From: an uncultured bacterium
GTDB lineage: Bacteria > Bacillota > Negativicutes > Acidaminococcales > Acidaminococcaceae
DNA: 64,000 nucleotides
Assembly (NCBI GenBank): GCA_905215645.1
Contig: CAJMQS010000002.1
Span: forward strand, 65,186 to 129,185
Direction of reading: 5' to 3'
The translations under genes and the position numbers were made by a program. Below, in pieces: positions 20,709 to 30,646 of this stretch. The notes under the pieces are model-generated. The model ran no database searches and was not told the DNA's origin. It saw only the letters and a list, made by a program, of their open reading frames with translations. How positions within the stretch are numbered: position 1 is the first letter of the stretch; each line of letters begins with the position of its first letter.

Positions 20709-22739
20709 CTACTTCATAAATTCGATATGCCTCTTCACATAGCCGTACATGATGTAGTTGGCCAAGGCATCTTTTTCTTCCGTATCCGGTTTCTCTTCAT
20801 CCAAAGTAGCTACGAAGCTCCGGTCGGCGGAATAGTAATAGGCCTTGCCCCCAAAATACCCCAGGGCGTAGGGATGGGGTACTGGCTGGAGCAGATCCCG
20901 GCCCAAGAATTCTGGAGGCACCGGCTGTCCTAGTAGGGTCAGCAGGGTGGGTGCCAGATCTTCCTGGCTGGCATAGGCAGTCTCGTCCAGATCTGCCAGA
21001 GGCGCCAAGTTCTTGGAAATGAAGATGACCGGGATCGGCGCCACGCTTTGTTTGTCCTGAGGATTGCTCACCAGGGTCTTGTATTCCCCGCCAGAATGGG
21101 GATTGTGGTCCGCCGTCACGATGAACAGGGTACGGTCATCCATGAGTCCCTGTTTCGAAGCTTCCTCGAAGAAATGCTGGATGGTCTTATCCACCCAGTA
21201 CATGCCGCAAACGGTCGCCGTCCCATTGTCCCGGACATCCTCCGGCATCTCCGCATAGGTATAGCCATAATAGGGATAGGGCTGGTGCATATCCAGGGTC
21301 TTGCACACCAGGAACAGTTTCTGGTCCCGGTGTTCCGCCAGTGTCTTCAGGGCCACATCGTACATCACATCATTGTGGAATCCCCAGCCGCTGGCTCCCT
21401 TATACCCCATATTGCCCAGGTCTTCCTTGGCCAGATAGTGCTCCATGCCGAACTGGGCCGGATATTCTCGGTATTCATTGGCATAATACCGGCTGGAAGC
21501 GTTGATGAAATAGCCTTCATAGCCGGCCTGCTGCAGGCTCCGGAAGAGAGAAGGCTGTTTGTCCCCTGGCAGATCTTTGTCATAGACCAGCTGGGACCGG
21601 AAAGTAGCATTGAGCCCCTGGGTAGTGGGCACAGCCGAAGAATAATAATGATCGATCCGAGGATATTTCCGGATCAGGGAATCCAGATAGGGAGTAGCAT
21701 CTGCCGGGATATTGGGATTGTAGTGATGGATATAGTCCCGGTGGACGCTTTCCAGGATCAGCATGACCACCCGGTCATAGGCCGGCCGTTTCCGGGGAAC
21801 CGCCTGGGGTTTCGGCAGGATCCCCAATTCTGTCAGCGCCGCCTGGTCCTGCTCCGTCAAGGTCCGTTCCTGATATTTCCAGGGGTCATGGACCACCTTA
21901 TCCGTCTTGAAGAAGGCTTTCTGGAAAAAGTTCACATTGATGGGATAAGCCACCATGGCCCGGGTGGGTTTCCGGCTTTTCTCCATATCCATTTCAATAT
22001 CTAGCCCTTCCACACTGTTGGCTGTCTGATAGATGCCTTCCGCCAACAGCAGATACGCCCCATTGAGCCCCATGGCCAGGATCACCACGCAGAGCAGGGA
22101 CCAGGGCAGATTGGGCTCCTGCCGCCGGGGACGGCTGACCCGGAACAGAGGGATGAAAGCCAGAAGCACCGCTCCGATCAGGCCCAGCTGCCAGTTTTCC
22201 GTGGTACTGAGGATCCCCTTGGCAGCATAGATGTTCAAGTTGTCGAACAAGACGCTCTCCACATGCATGGAGGTATTCCAAAAATAGATCCCATCTCCCA
22301 GGATCAGGATACAGGTCACATAATAGACCAGGAAATAAATGGCTTTCAGGATCCGGTTGGGCCAGTGGTGGTAGCACATGGCCGCCAGGAGCACCAGAAC
22401 GATATTATTGAAGAGCCCGGCCAACACGGAAAGTGTCGTCATGAAGCCCGGATCCAGCTCCAGGTAGGACACCATGAACAGGGCATCCGCCAGATACAGG
22501 ACCCCGGCGACCACCACGGGGAAATACCGTTTCACCCGATCCCGGATGCGCCGCCGCTGGGCGTACAGGAAGAGCACCACCCAGGAAAGCAGCAGGTCCC
22601 GGCAGAAATAGTTCAGGGTATGGTACCAGAATTCAGCCCAGGGAAAGGGCACGATGTCTTTCAAAAAATTCCAGCGGTAATAGGCTTCCGCTGCAAAACA
22701 CAGGAGCAGGACCACTCCGTAAATCACTTTCTTTTTCAC
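20709..22739 (-). CDS. LTA-synthase-family protein (membrane-anchored sulfatase / phosphoglycerol transferase)
   Basis: N-terminal polytopic membrane domain plus extracellular sulfatase/alkaline-phosphatase-superfamily domain (HNPHSGG). Confidence 0.75.
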   Translation of the reverse strand: MKKKVIYGVVLLLCFAAEAYYRWNFLKDIVPFPWAEFWYHTLNYFCRDLLLSWVVLFLYAQRRRIRDRVKRYFPVVVAGVLYLADALFMVSYLELDPGFMTTLSVLAGLFNNIVLVLLAAMCYHHWPNRILKAIYFLVYYVTCILILGDGIYFWNTSMHVESVLFDNLNIYAAKGILSTTENWQLGLIGAVLLAFIPLFRVSRPRRQEPNLPWSLLCVVILAMGLNGAYLLLAEGIYQTANSVEGLDIEMDMEKSRKPTRAMVAYPINVNFFQKAFFKTDKVVHDPWKYQERTLTEQDQAALTELGILPKPQAVPRKRPAYDRVVMLILESVHRDYIHHYNPNIPADATPYLDSLIRKYPRIDHYYSSAVPTTQGLNATFRSQLVYDKDLPGDKQPSLFRSLQQAGYEGYFINASSRYYANEYREYPAQFGMEHYLAKEDLGNMGYKGASGWGFHNDVMYDVALKTLAEHRDQKLFLVCKTLDMHQPYPYYGYTYAEMPEDVRDNGTATVCGMYWVDKTIQHFFEEASKQGLMDDRTLFIVTADHNPHSGGEYKTLVSNPQDKQSVAPIPVIFISKNLAPLADLDETAYASQEDLAPTLLTLLGQPVPPEFLGRDLLQPVPHPYALGYFGGKAYYYSADRSFVATLDEEKPDTEEKDALANYIMYGYVKRHIEFMK

Positions 22740-22749
22740 TGGCAGCCTC

Positions 22750-23694
22750 TCAGGAAATGAATTCTAAGGATTTGGGCAGGAGCACCAGGGACAGGGGCGA
22801 ATTGACCACCGCATCCCCATCCAGTTCTGCCGCAAATTTTTTCACATTGCAGCGGATATCCACCTGCTGGGCCGGATAGATTTCCACGCTTTTGTCCAGG
22901 GTCAGCATGTCTGCCGCAATCAGGGCTGTGTAGCGGAGAAAATCCACACACCTGCCCTTGGTGAAGAGGCAGACATGCATGGTGGGATTGGACAGGGACC
23001 CGCCGTTGACCAGGGAAAAACGTCCGGCATAATACCGGCTCTTGGTCACGATGACAGAACTGGCCTGATGCCAGACCCCATCCCCGTTGATCATCACCTG
23101 GAACCGGTACTTCCAGTTGTGGAGAAGCATCTCGTTCCCCAGCACCCGTCCGCTCTGCCGTACATAGGCCAGGGTGGACAGATACTTTTTCTCTTTGGGT
23201 GTCACCTGCTGCACCACCATGGAATCCACTCCGATCCCGGCCACTGTCAAGAAGATCCGATCGTTGGCCCGTCCCAGGCAGACCGGCGTGGTGATTCCTT
23301 TGGAAACCCGATACATCCAATTGTGGACATCGGTTTTCTGCATCAGTTCCTTGGCCACCAGATTCACCGTCCCTGCTGGATAGATGCTCACATAGGGCCA
23401 GTAATCCTGGTCCACACATTCTTCCACCAGGGCCCGCAGGGTCCCGTCCCCACCGGCCACGATGACCCACTGGATCTTTTCTGCACAGATTTTTTTCCCC
23501 ACCGCCTGGGTCTCCGCAAAAGTCCCCACCGTCACGTACTGGAAGCGCTCTGCCCCATACAGCCGCATGAGCTGCCGGGCGATGCTTTCCACATTGTTAT
23601 GGATCCCGTTGAAAAAATTCTGCTTTCCAGAATTGCGGTTATGGACCAGGAGGACCTTTTGGAAAGCGTTGATGTCTACTTTATGACGCAGCAT
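22750..23694 (-). CDS. diacylglycerol-kinase-family lipid kinase (YegS/DagK/BmrU)
   Basis: DAGK_cat motif (VIVAGGDGTL). 314 aa. Confidence 0.8.
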   Translation of the reverse strand: MLRHKVDINAFQKVLLVHNRNSGKQNFFNGIHNNVESIARQLMRLYGAERFQYVTVGTFAETQAVGKKICAEKIQWVIVAGGDGTLRALVEECVDQDYWPYVSIYPAGTVNLVAKELMQKTDVHNWMYRVSKGITTPVCLGRANDRIFLTVAGIGVDSMVVQQVTPKEKKYLSTLAYVRQSGRVLGNEMLLHNWKYRFQVMINGDGVWHQASSVIVTKSRYYAGRFSLVNGGSLSNPTMHVCLFTKGRCVDFLRYTALIAADMLTLDKSVEIYPAQQVDIRCNVKKFAAELDGDAVVNSPLSLVLLPKSLEFIS

Positions 23695-23716
23695 GATGAT
23701 CTCCTATGATTTCCTT

Positions 23717-24115
23717 TTACTTAGCATAAATCCATTGCTTCCTGGAAAAATAATTCCAAATGGTCACCAGCGCAGAAGCTGCCACCTTTGATTCCATCAC
23801 CGGGAAGCCCAGCCCCCCGACAAAGATCCGCATCAGCAGCACGTTGAACAGGAGCCCCAAGGTGGAAACTACCAGGACCAAGGAAAACTCCTTGCTTTTG
23901 CTGTACCGCACACCGCTGGTGAAAACCCAGATATTCGTAGCCACGTAGTGGCATACCGTAGAGCAGAGATACGCCGCAGCCGTTGCCAGGAGATAGTTCC
24001 ACCCCCAGCAGCGGTTGAACAGATAGACCAGCCCCCACTCAAACAAAGCAGCCGTGCCCCCGATACAGAGATAACAGAGGACACGGATCTTTTCATTCTT
24101 TGATTTTTGCAGCAT
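23717..24115 (-). CDS. GtrA-family membrane protein
   Basis: 132-aa 4-TM protein with GtrA-like pattern. Adjacent to lipid kinase / LtaS genes. Confidence 0.65.
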   Translation of the reverse strand: MLQKSKNEKIRVLCYLCIGGTAALFEWGLVYLFNRCWGWNYLLATAAAYLCSTVCHYVATNIWVFTSGVRYSKSKEFSLVLVVSTLGLLFNVLLMRIFVGGLGFPVMESKVAASALVTIWNYFSRKQWIYAK

Positions 24116-24116
24116 T

Positions 24117-24362
24117 TCAGTGCCCCATCAGCTGGTAGAGCAGCATCAGCACCACCCCGGGAACGCCGAAGAAACCGGCCACCAGAGCGGAGATGAAATG
24201 GATGGGGATCGTGACGCCGAAGATCCCTCCCAGCAGGTTGAACAGCCACAGCAGGACCACCCCGCAGATGCCGTTCCACAACAGCTTCAGAGACAGAGAG
24301 AACATATTGATGACCAGGAACAGGACAACCAGCGCTGCCCCTCCTACCAGCCATATTTCCAT
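24117..24362 (-). CDS. bofA: pro-sigma-K processing inhibitor BofA
   Basis: 81-aa 2-TM protein. Conserved C-terminal ...IPIHFISALVAGFFGVPGVV... resembles BofA. Sits right after recR, as in the Bacillus dnaX-yaaK-recR-yaaL-bofA block. Confidence 0.65.
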   Translation of the reverse strand: MEIWLVGGAALVVLFLVINMFSLSLKLLWNGICGVVLLWLFNLLGGIFGVTIPIHFISALVAGFFGVPGVVLMLLYQLMGH

Positions 24363-24430
24363 GGTATTCGACCGCCTTTCCAGAATTTCCCGTTTTGCTG
24401 CCCGGAGAAAAGCCCAGTTCTCCAGAAGTG

Positions 24431-25027
24431 TCAGATTTCCCGCCGGTTCTCCAGGGCCTTGTACAGAGTCAGTTCATCGGCGTATTCCAAATCACCGCCC
24501 ACCGGAAGCCCGTGGGCGATCCGGCTCACCTTGATCCCTGTGGGACGGATCAGCCCAGCCAGATAATTGGCCGTGGCCTCTCCTTCTACATCTGAATTGG
24601 TGGCGATGATGACTTCCTGCACATCTCCCTTTTGGAGCCGGAGCAGCAGTTCCCGGATCTTCAGCTGATCCGGTCCCACACCGTCCAAAGGGGACAGGAC
24701 GCCGTGGAGTACATGGTACAGTCCCTGATAGCCCCGGGTCCGTTCCATGGCAGCCACGTCCTGTGGCTGTTCCACTACGCACACCAGGCTCCGGTCCCGT
24801 TCCTTGTCCTGGCAGATTTCGCACAGATCCCCTTCGCACAGATCGAAGCACTGGCGGCAGAGATGGACATGGTCCTTCACATCCAGCAGGGCGTTGGCCA
24901 GGGCCTCCACATCTTCCCGTTTCATATCCAGCACGTGGTAGGCCAGACGGAGAGCCGATTTGGAGCCGATCCCCGGCAGCTTCCGCAGCAGTTCGTGGAG
25001 CCGCGCCAGAGGTTTTACCATCCGCAT
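24431..25027 (-). CDS. recR: recombination protein RecR
   Basis: HhH (LPGIGSKSALRLA), C4 zinc finger (CxxC...CxxC), Toprim. Confidence 0.95.
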   Translation of the reverse strand: MRMVKPLARLHELLRKLPGIGSKSALRLAYHVLDMKREDVEALANALLDVKDHVHLCRQCFDLCEGDLCEICQDKERDRSLVCVVEQPQDVAAMERTRGYQGLYHVLHGVLSPLDGVGPDQLKIRELLLRLQKGDVQEVIIATNSDVEGEATANYLAGLIRPTGIKVSRIAHGLPVGGDLEYADELTLYKALENRREI

Positions 25028-25042
25028 GCCTGGACCCGTCCT

Positions 25043-25375
25043 TTAGAACATCCCAGGCAGTTTCAAGCCGCCAGTGACTTTGCCCAGTTCTTTTTCCGTC
25101 ATTTCATCCACTTTTTTCATGGCATCATTCACGGCCGTGACGATCAAATCCTGGAGCATTTCCACATCATCCGGGTCCACTGCATCCGGGGAAAGGGTCA
25201 GGCTGACCAGGTTCTTGTTGCCATTGACCACAGCTTTGACGGCTTCTCCGCCGGCAGTGCCTTCCACTTCCCGTTCCTTCAGTTCTTCCTGGAGTTTGGT
25301 CATCTCGCTCTGCATTTTCTGGACTTTCTTCAGCATGCCCTGCATGCCGTTCATTGCCATTCCACCTTTGAACAT
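25043..25375 (-). CDS. ybaB: nucleoid-associated protein YbaB/EbfC
   Basis: 110-aa YbaB family (MQGMLKKVQKMQ...). Sits between dnaX and recR. Confidence 0.9.
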   Translation of the reverse strand: MFKGGMAMNGMQGMLKKVQKMQSEMTKLQEELKEREVEGTAGGEAVKAVVNGNKNLVSLTLSPDAVDPDDVEMLQDLIVTAVNDAMKKVDEMTEKELGKVTGGLKLPGMF

Positions 25376-25411
25376 TCTGTTTCCTCCTCATATCCTCAAA
25401 AGGATTTTTCT

Positions 25412-27418
25412 TTATTCTTTATACACTTCACCGCCGAAGACCTGCATGGCTTTTTTCACGCCTTCCGGGAGTTCCCCCTGCTTCACAGGTTCTGGGGCGG
25501 GATTTGCTGCAGCTGCTGCCGGCTGGGGTTCCTGCCTGCCCGAAGGCAGGGAAGGTGCCACATCAGCCGGCGGTTCGTCCGGCAGCGGGATGTCCTCTGC
25601 CGGCGGGGGCGGCGGTACCGGCGCCGGCTCCGCCGGAGCAGGGGCCGGTACCCGGAATTTGTGCAGGGTGATTTCTCCTTCCTGCTGGACTACCTGGAGC
25701 CGGACAGCCTCCCCTGTGGTTTCTTTCAGGATGTCCTGGATCAGGGTCTTGAAAGCCGGATCCTCTAATCGTTCCTTTTCAAAGGAAGAATTGACAGCCA
25801 GGAGCAGTTCCCGGTCCTGACAGTCGGCCACCCGGGCCATTTCCGCATAGACCAAAAAGGTCCGTTTCCGCCGCCGTTTCAACCCCTGGAGCACCCTCTG
25901 CCAGAGCTGTTCACCCAAAGCCCGGCCGCTGCCGTCGAAGCAGGATTCCCGGCCAGCAGCAGATCCGACCGCTGCCGGTCCGGGGCGGGAAACCGGATCC
26001 GGACGGGAAACCTGGATCACTTCTGCCGGAGCAGCCGGCTGGCTGGACCGTTTTTCTTCTCTTCGGACTGCAGCTGCCATCCGGGCAAAGGCATCCCGGG
26101 GATCTCCAGGATGCTGTCCAGCTGCCTGGACCGGCCGCGCAGCGGCCGGGACAGGTTCCCGGCGAACCGGAGAAGCAGGGCGTGCCGCTGGCGCCGGCTG
26201 GACGGCTATAGGAGCCGAAACGGGCTGGACGGAGACAGCCTGACGGACTGCCGGTGCTGCCGGAAGTCCCCCTTGTTCCAAGGCCGCCACCTGTTTTTCC
26301 AAGCTTTCGATCCGGGCCAAGAGAGCCGCTTCGGTATTCCCTCGATTCTGGCACAGATCGAACAGGCACAATTCTCCCACGATCTTTTTCCGCAGGGAAT
26401 ACTTGCTTTCTTTCACGGCTTCATGGAGCCGTTCCACAGCAGCGATGATCTGGCTGGAAGTAAAAAGAGATGCCGTCTGTTCCAAAGCTTCCCGGGTATC
26501 CGTCAGATAGATTTCCTGGTATTCCCGGTCTGCCTGGAACAGTAGCAGCGCTCGGAAGTACTCCATCATCTCTCCCAGAATCTGCTCCATTTCCTTTCCC
26601 TGTTCCAGCAGCCGGTCCAGGGTATCCAGGGCACCGGGCAGGTCTTTCTGCCCGATCCGGACGATCAGTTCCCGGAGTTTTTCCCGTCCCACCAGGCCCA
26701 GGACCTGGCGGACGGTCTCTTCCGTCACCTTGTCCGCCATGATGCTGCACTGATCCAAAAGGCTCAGGGCATCCCGCAGGCCTCCATCCGCCTGGATGGC
26801 CATCAGGCGCAGTGCCTCCGGTTCCGCCTGGATATGGCTGCCCTTGGCCACTTTTGCCAAATGGGCGGCGATCTCATCCACCGTAGCTCGGCGGAAATCG
26901 AACCGCTGGCACCGGGACAGGATGGTATTGAGGATTTTCTGGGGTTCCGTAGTCGCCAGGATGAATACCACATGTTCCGGCGGTTCTTCCAAGGTCTTCA
27001 GCAGGGCATTGAACGCATCGGTGGTGATCATATGGACTTCATCGATGATATAGACTTTATACCGGCTGGAAACCGGTGCAAAATAGACCTGTTCCCGGAT
27101 TTTCCGGATTTCATCGATGCCCCGGTTGGAGGCCGCATCGATTTCGATCACGTCTCCTGAGGTCCCCTCCGTGATTTCCCGGCAGTTCTCACAATGGTTG
27201 CAGGGATGGGGCGTGGGCCCCTCTGCACAGTTGAGAGCTTTGGCCAGGATCCGCGCCGTACTGGTCTTTCCGGTGCCCCGAGGGCCGGCAAACAGATAAG
27301 CATGGGAAATCCTCCCTGTTTCCAAGGCATTGGTCAGGGCTTTCTTGATGGGAGCCTGTCCCACCAGATCATCGAAATCCTGGGGACGCCAGGTACGGTA
27401 TAATGCAACGTAAGCCAT
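25412..27418 (-). CDS. dnaX: DNA polymerase III subunits tau/gamma
   Basis: AAA+ clamp-loader motifs (GPRGTGKT, zinc module CxxC...C), long Pro/Ala-rich linker. Start trimmed to MAYVALYRTWRPQ. Confidence 0.95.
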   Translation of the reverse strand: MAYVALYRTWRPQDFDDLVGQAPIKKALTNALETGRISHAYLFAGPRGTGKTSTARILAKALNCAEGPTPHPCNHCENCREITEGTSGDVIEIDAASNRGIDEIRKIREQVYFAPVSSRYKVYIIDEVHMITTDAFNALLKTLEEPPEHVVFILATTEPQKILNTILSRCQRFDFRRATVDEIAAHLAKVAKGSHIQAEPEALRLMAIQADGGLRDALSLLDQCSIMADKVTEETVRQVLGLVGREKLRELIVRIGQKDLPGALDTLDRLLEQGKEMEQILGEMMEYFRALLLFQADREYQEIYLTDTREALEQTASLFTSSQIIAAVERLHEAVKESKYSLRKKIVGELCLFDLCQNRGNTEAALLARIESLEKQVAALEQGGLPAAPAVRQAVSVQPVSAPIAVQPAPAARPASPVRREPVPAAARPVQAAGQHPGDPRDAFARMAAAVRREEKRSSQPAAPAEVIQVSRPDPVSRPGPAAVGSAAGRESCFDGSGRALGEQLWQRVLQGLKRRRKRTFLVYAEMARVADCQDRELLLAVNSSFEKERLEDPAFKTLIQDILKETTGEAVRLQVVQQEGEITLHKFRVPAPAPAEPAPVPPPPPAEDIPLPDEPPADVAPSLPSGRQEPQPAAAAANPAPEPVKQGELPEGVKKAMQVFGGEVYKE

Positions 27419-27510
27419 CTTTCCCATCCTTTCTGTTTTGATCCTTTGCTATTATACCTTGTTTTCGGCTGGGACTTCAACTAGATTCTGAAAATCTCCT
27501 AAAAAACATC

Positions 27511-27539
27511 TTGACAACAGATTGTAAATTCGATATACT
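27511..27539 (+). promoter_or_regulatory. sigma-A promoter for the tRNA-Ser (and likely SRP RNA) transcript
   Basis: TTGACA-N17-TATACT about 65 bp upstream of tRNA-Ser. Confidence 0.7.
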
Positions 27540-27604
27540 GTTACTCGCGGTTGTCGTTTAGACGGCTGTACAAACTGAATAGCTGTACATCAGCAATTCA
27601 ACCT

Positions 27605-27695
27605 GGAGAGTTGTCCGAGTGGTTGAAGGAGCACGCCTGGAAAGCGTGTATACGGGATAACCGTATCGAGGGTTCGAATCCCTCACTCTCCGCCA
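27605..27695 (+). tRNA. tRNA-Ser (anticodon GGA)
   Basis: Cloverleaf with long variable arm, anticodon loop CTGGAAA, T-loop GGTTCGAATCC, 3' CCA encoded. Confidence 0.9.
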
Positions 27696-27706
27696 TTTTA
27701 TCCAAT

Positions 27707-27733
27707 CAGCCGCGTTGTGCGGCTTTTATTTTT
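27707..27733 (+). terminator. weak terminator-like hairpin after tRNA-Ser
   Basis: AGCCGC-GTTGT-GCGGCT followed by TTTTATTTTT. Confidence 0.5.
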
Positions 27734-27859
27734 CCGGCGGACTGCAAGAGTGGGTCCTGCGCAATGGAGGCCCGTGAACCTTGTCAGGTCCGGAAGGAAG
27801 CAGCAATAAGCGGATACCCCCATGTGCCGCAGGGGTGCCTGCCCTTGCAGCCCGCCGGG
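27734..27859 (+). ncRNA. ffs: signal recognition particle RNA (small 4.5S-type SRP RNA)
   Basis: Universal domain-IV sequence GTCAGGTCCGGAAGGAAGCAGC. 5' CCGGCGGACTGCAAG pairs with 3' CTTGCAGCCCGCCGG. Terminator hairpin plus T7 follows. Confidence 0.8.
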
Positions 27860-27921
27860 AAAATAAAGGAAAAAGAGCTGTCGCCCTTTGGGCGGCGGCT
27901 CTTTTTTTAGCAGCGGATGAT

Positions 27922-28347
27922 TCATTCCCCAAACGTTTTTTTGTAGCACTCGTCCAGCACCTGCAGGAACATGGGGACCTGTTTATCCTCGGCCGCCGTA
28001 TATTCAGACAGCTGGAAAGCCCGGGTGCTGCTGAACATGCCGCTCTTGTTTTCCAGGCGCATGATCCGGCTGGGCTGGCCGCCCTGGGCCGGCACATAGA
28101 AATAAAGCCGCTCGTCCCCCCGGTTCCCTCCTGGTTTCAGGAAGTCCAGAGGATATCCCACTCTGCCGTCCGTAAAGATGTACTTGGTGTCTTTTTCCTT
28201 ATCCCGTTTGAAATCATCCTGGATCAAGATGAGATCTTTATCCGGACGGTCAATGGACGGGAAAGCATGGATGTGGTAAGCCCCCGCCACAGCCGGTACG
28301 GAAAGCATCCCCGCCAGCAGCATCCCCAACAGCATGTTCTTTTTCAT
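27922..28347 (-). CDS. exported hypothetical protein (signal peptide)
   Basis: Start MKKNMLLGMLLAG after AGGGAGGGG RBS. No family recognised. Confidence 0.5.
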   Translation of the reverse strand: MKKNMLLGMLLAGMLSVPAVAGAYHIHAFPSIDRPDKDLILIQDDFKRDKEKDTKYIFTDGRVGYPLDFLKPGGNRGDERLYFYVPAQGGQPSRIMRLENKSGMFSSTRAFQLSEYTAAEDKQVPMFLQVLDECYKKTFGE

Positions 28348-28474
28348 AAAACCCCTCCCTACAGACATTTTTATAGGGAAATTATATCATATCTGTCCCG
28401 GACAAGGAAACGTTCCCGGCAATGGGGTATGTGTCAACAAGTTGTTGATTTCTTCCCTGCACACAAGAAGGCCC

Positions 28475-29875
28475 TTAAAACACTTCTAACACCTTCCCCG
28501 GGTTCAGGATATCCAGCGGGTCCAGGGCCCGCTTGATGGTTTCCATCATGTACAGCTCTCCCGGGTCCGCCAATCGGGCCAGCTGCTTCACTTTCTTAGC
28601 TCCGATGCCGTGTTCTCCGCTGAGCTTCCCGCCCAGAGCATAAATGTATTGATAGGCCTTTTCATGGAAGGCGTCTAGGGCCTGTTCCCATTCTCCATCG
28701 GACAGTTCTCCCTTTAACATGGCGAAATGGAGATTCCCGTCCCCGGCATGGGCCAAGGTGAACACCCGGAAGGGATACTTTTTTGCTTCGGCGGACAGTT
28801 CGTCGATGGCCTGGGCGATTTTGTCCAGGGGCACCACAAAGTCGTCGCTGGTCATCACCTTGCTCAGCACCCGGGCAGATTCCAAGCAGTTCTTCCGCAG
28901 GGTCCACACCCGGTCGTCGGCCATGGATACATCAGACGCCCCATGGCTCCGGCAAAGTCCATCCAGCTTGATCAGTTTCTTATCCAGTTCATCTTCATCG
29001 AAGCATTCCAGGGTCAGAATCACATAGGAACCATCCTCATAATGGCCCAGATCCAGCTGGGAATAATCACTGGAAGCCCGGACGAAGGCGTTGTCCATGA
29101 ATTCCACACTGGTGGGGTCCAGCCCTTCCCGGAGCAGTACAGGGACGATGCCCGTGGCTTTGGCTTGGTCGGTGAAGATGGCCAATACATCGGCTTTATA
29201 GGGAGCCTGGGGCAGCAGCTTCAAAGTCACTTCCGTGATGATGCCCAGGGTGCCTTCGCTACCGATCACCAGTTGATCCAAGCAGTAGCCGGTGGTATTC
29301 TTTTTGCTCCGGGTGCCCAGACGGGCGATCTGGCCATTGGGCAGCACCACTTCGATGGCGTGGACCTGGTTCCGGGTAGTACCGTAACGGACGGCTTTGT
29401 CACCGCCGGCGTTGGTAGCCAAGTTGCCTCCGATCAGGCAGCTGTCAGCGCTGCAGGGATCCCCGGCATAAAAAAGTCCCTGTTCCCGGGCAGCCTGCTG
29501 GACCGCTGCCGTACGGGCCCCAGCCTGGGCCACCAGGTACATCTCCTCCGGATCCACCTTCAGGATCTTGTCCATCCGTTCCATCAGGAGCACCAGGCCT
29601 CCGCACACAGGAATGGCCCCATCGGATACACTGGTGCCTCCGCTCCGGGGCGTCACCGGGAACTGTTCCCGGTTGGCCAGTTTCAGGATGGAGGAAATCT
29701 CTTCCGCGGAACTGGGAGCCGCCACTGCTTCCGGCAGATGGAACTTCCGGGGATCGGTTTCTTCATCGGTTTTGTACTGTTCCAGATGATCCGGATCGGT
29801 CCAGACATACTTCTCTCCTACAATGCTGCGCAGTTCAGCCAGGACTTTCTCGGTAATGGGTTGATACGTTTTCAT
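28475..29875 (-). CDS. FAD-binding oxidase (GlcD / D-lactate dehydrogenase family)
   Basis: FAD_binding_4 plus FAD-oxidase C-terminal domains (GGTSVSDG..., HAGDGNLH). Confidence 0.8.
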   Translation of the reverse strand: MKTYQPITEKVLAELRSIVGEKYVWTDPDHLEQYKTDEETDPRKFHLPEAVAAPSSAEEISSILKLANREQFPVTPRSGGTSVSDGAIPVCGGLVLLMERMDKILKVDPEEMYLVAQAGARTAAVQQAAREQGLFYAGDPCSADSCLIGGNLATNAGGDKAVRYGTTRNQVHAIEVVLPNGQIARLGTRSKKNTTGYCLDQLVIGSEGTLGIITEVTLKLLPQAPYKADVLAIFTDQAKATGIVPVLLREGLDPTSVEFMDNAFVRASSDYSQLDLGHYEDGSYVILTLECFDEDELDKKLIKLDGLCRSHGASDVSMADDRVWTLRKNCLESARVLSKVMTSDDFVVPLDKIAQAIDELSAEAKKYPFRVFTLAHAGDGNLHFAMLKGELSDGEWEQALDAFHEKAYQYIYALGGKLSGEHGIGAKKVKQLARLADPGELYMMETIKRALDPLDILNPGKVLEVF

Positions 29876-29926
29876 GCTTCTTTCCTTCCTTTGCGGCCGC
29901 CATGCCTGCAGCCTCCACAGTTTTTA

Positions 29927-29963
29927 TACAGTAAAAAGGGGCTGCTGCATGCGCAGCAGCCCC
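29927..29963 (-). terminator. rho-independent terminator after tRNA-Ser(CGA)
   Basis: GGGGCTGCTGC-ATGC-GCAGCAGCCCC, followed on the minus strand by a T-run. Confidence 0.8.
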
Positions 29964-29968
29964 ATGGC

Positions 29969-30056
29969 TGGCGGATGGGGAGGGATTCGAACCCTCGGTA
30001 CCTTGCGGTACACTTGATTTCGAGTCAAGCACCTTCGACCACTCGGACACCCATCC
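29969..30056 (-). tRNA. tRNA-Ser (anticodon CGA)
   Basis: Reverse complement gives a cloverleaf with long variable arm, anticodon loop CTCGAAA, GGTTCGAATCC T-loop, CCA. Confidence 0.9.
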
Positions 30057-30079
30057 ATGAGAATTCTATTATACCATAC

Positions 30080-30559
30080 TTACCGCCGTGCTTTCAAAAA
30101 ATCCTGTAAAATTTCCCGACACTCCTGTTCCAGTACCCCAGCGGTGACGGCTGTCCGGAAATTCAGGGAAGCATGGGCGGGCAGATTGAACTGGGAACCA
30201 CAGGCGCCGGCCGCACTGTCCCAGGCCCCGTACACCACCCTTCCCAGGCGGGCGTTCCAGATGGCGCCGGCACACATGGGGCATGGTTCCAAAGTCACAT
30301 ACAGGGTGGCATCGCTGAGCCGCCAACGCTGGAGCAGCCGGCAGGCCTGCTGGATCACCAAGAGTTCAGCATGGGCCGTGGCATCCCGGTCCTGCTCCCG
30401 GCGGTTATGGTCCCGGGCCAGCACCTGGCCCTCCCGGACCAGGACGGCTCCCACAGGGATTTCTCCCTCCCGGGCCGCCTGCCTGGCTTCCTCCAGGGCC
30501 ATTTCCATGAAACGCATATCAGTCTGCCCGGCAAGGGAGTTCCTCTTGGTCGAATCCAT
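30080..30559 (-). CDS. tadA: tRNA-specific adenosine deaminase
   Basis: CDA fold (HAE...PCxMC). Start trimmed to MDSTKRN after AGGAGA RBS. Confidence 0.9.
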   Translation of the reverse strand: MDSTKRNSLAGQTDMRFMEMALEEARQAAREGEIPVGAVLVREGQVLARDHNRREQDRDATAHAELLVIQQACRLLQRWRLSDATLYVTLEPCPMCAGAIWNARLGRVVYGAWDSAAGACGSQFNLPAHASLNFRTAVTAGVLEQECREILQDFLKARR

Positions 30560-30646
30560 AGCTATCTCTCCTTTGTTCAAAGCCAGCAAAGCTATCTTCC
30601 ATCGGCGTATGACGTATGACGGGCCGCCGGCCATGCCGCAGCCCTC

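Noticed and set aside
24632-25820. plus-strand ORFs of 378 and 248 aa
   Set aside because: Antisense to recR, ybaB and the dnaX 3' end, all of which have unambiguous homology on the minus strand.
27551-27949. small ORFs on both strands across the tRNA-Ser / SRP RNA locus
   Set aside because: They overlap a tRNA and the SRP RNA. No RBS. The RNA genes explain the sequence conservation.
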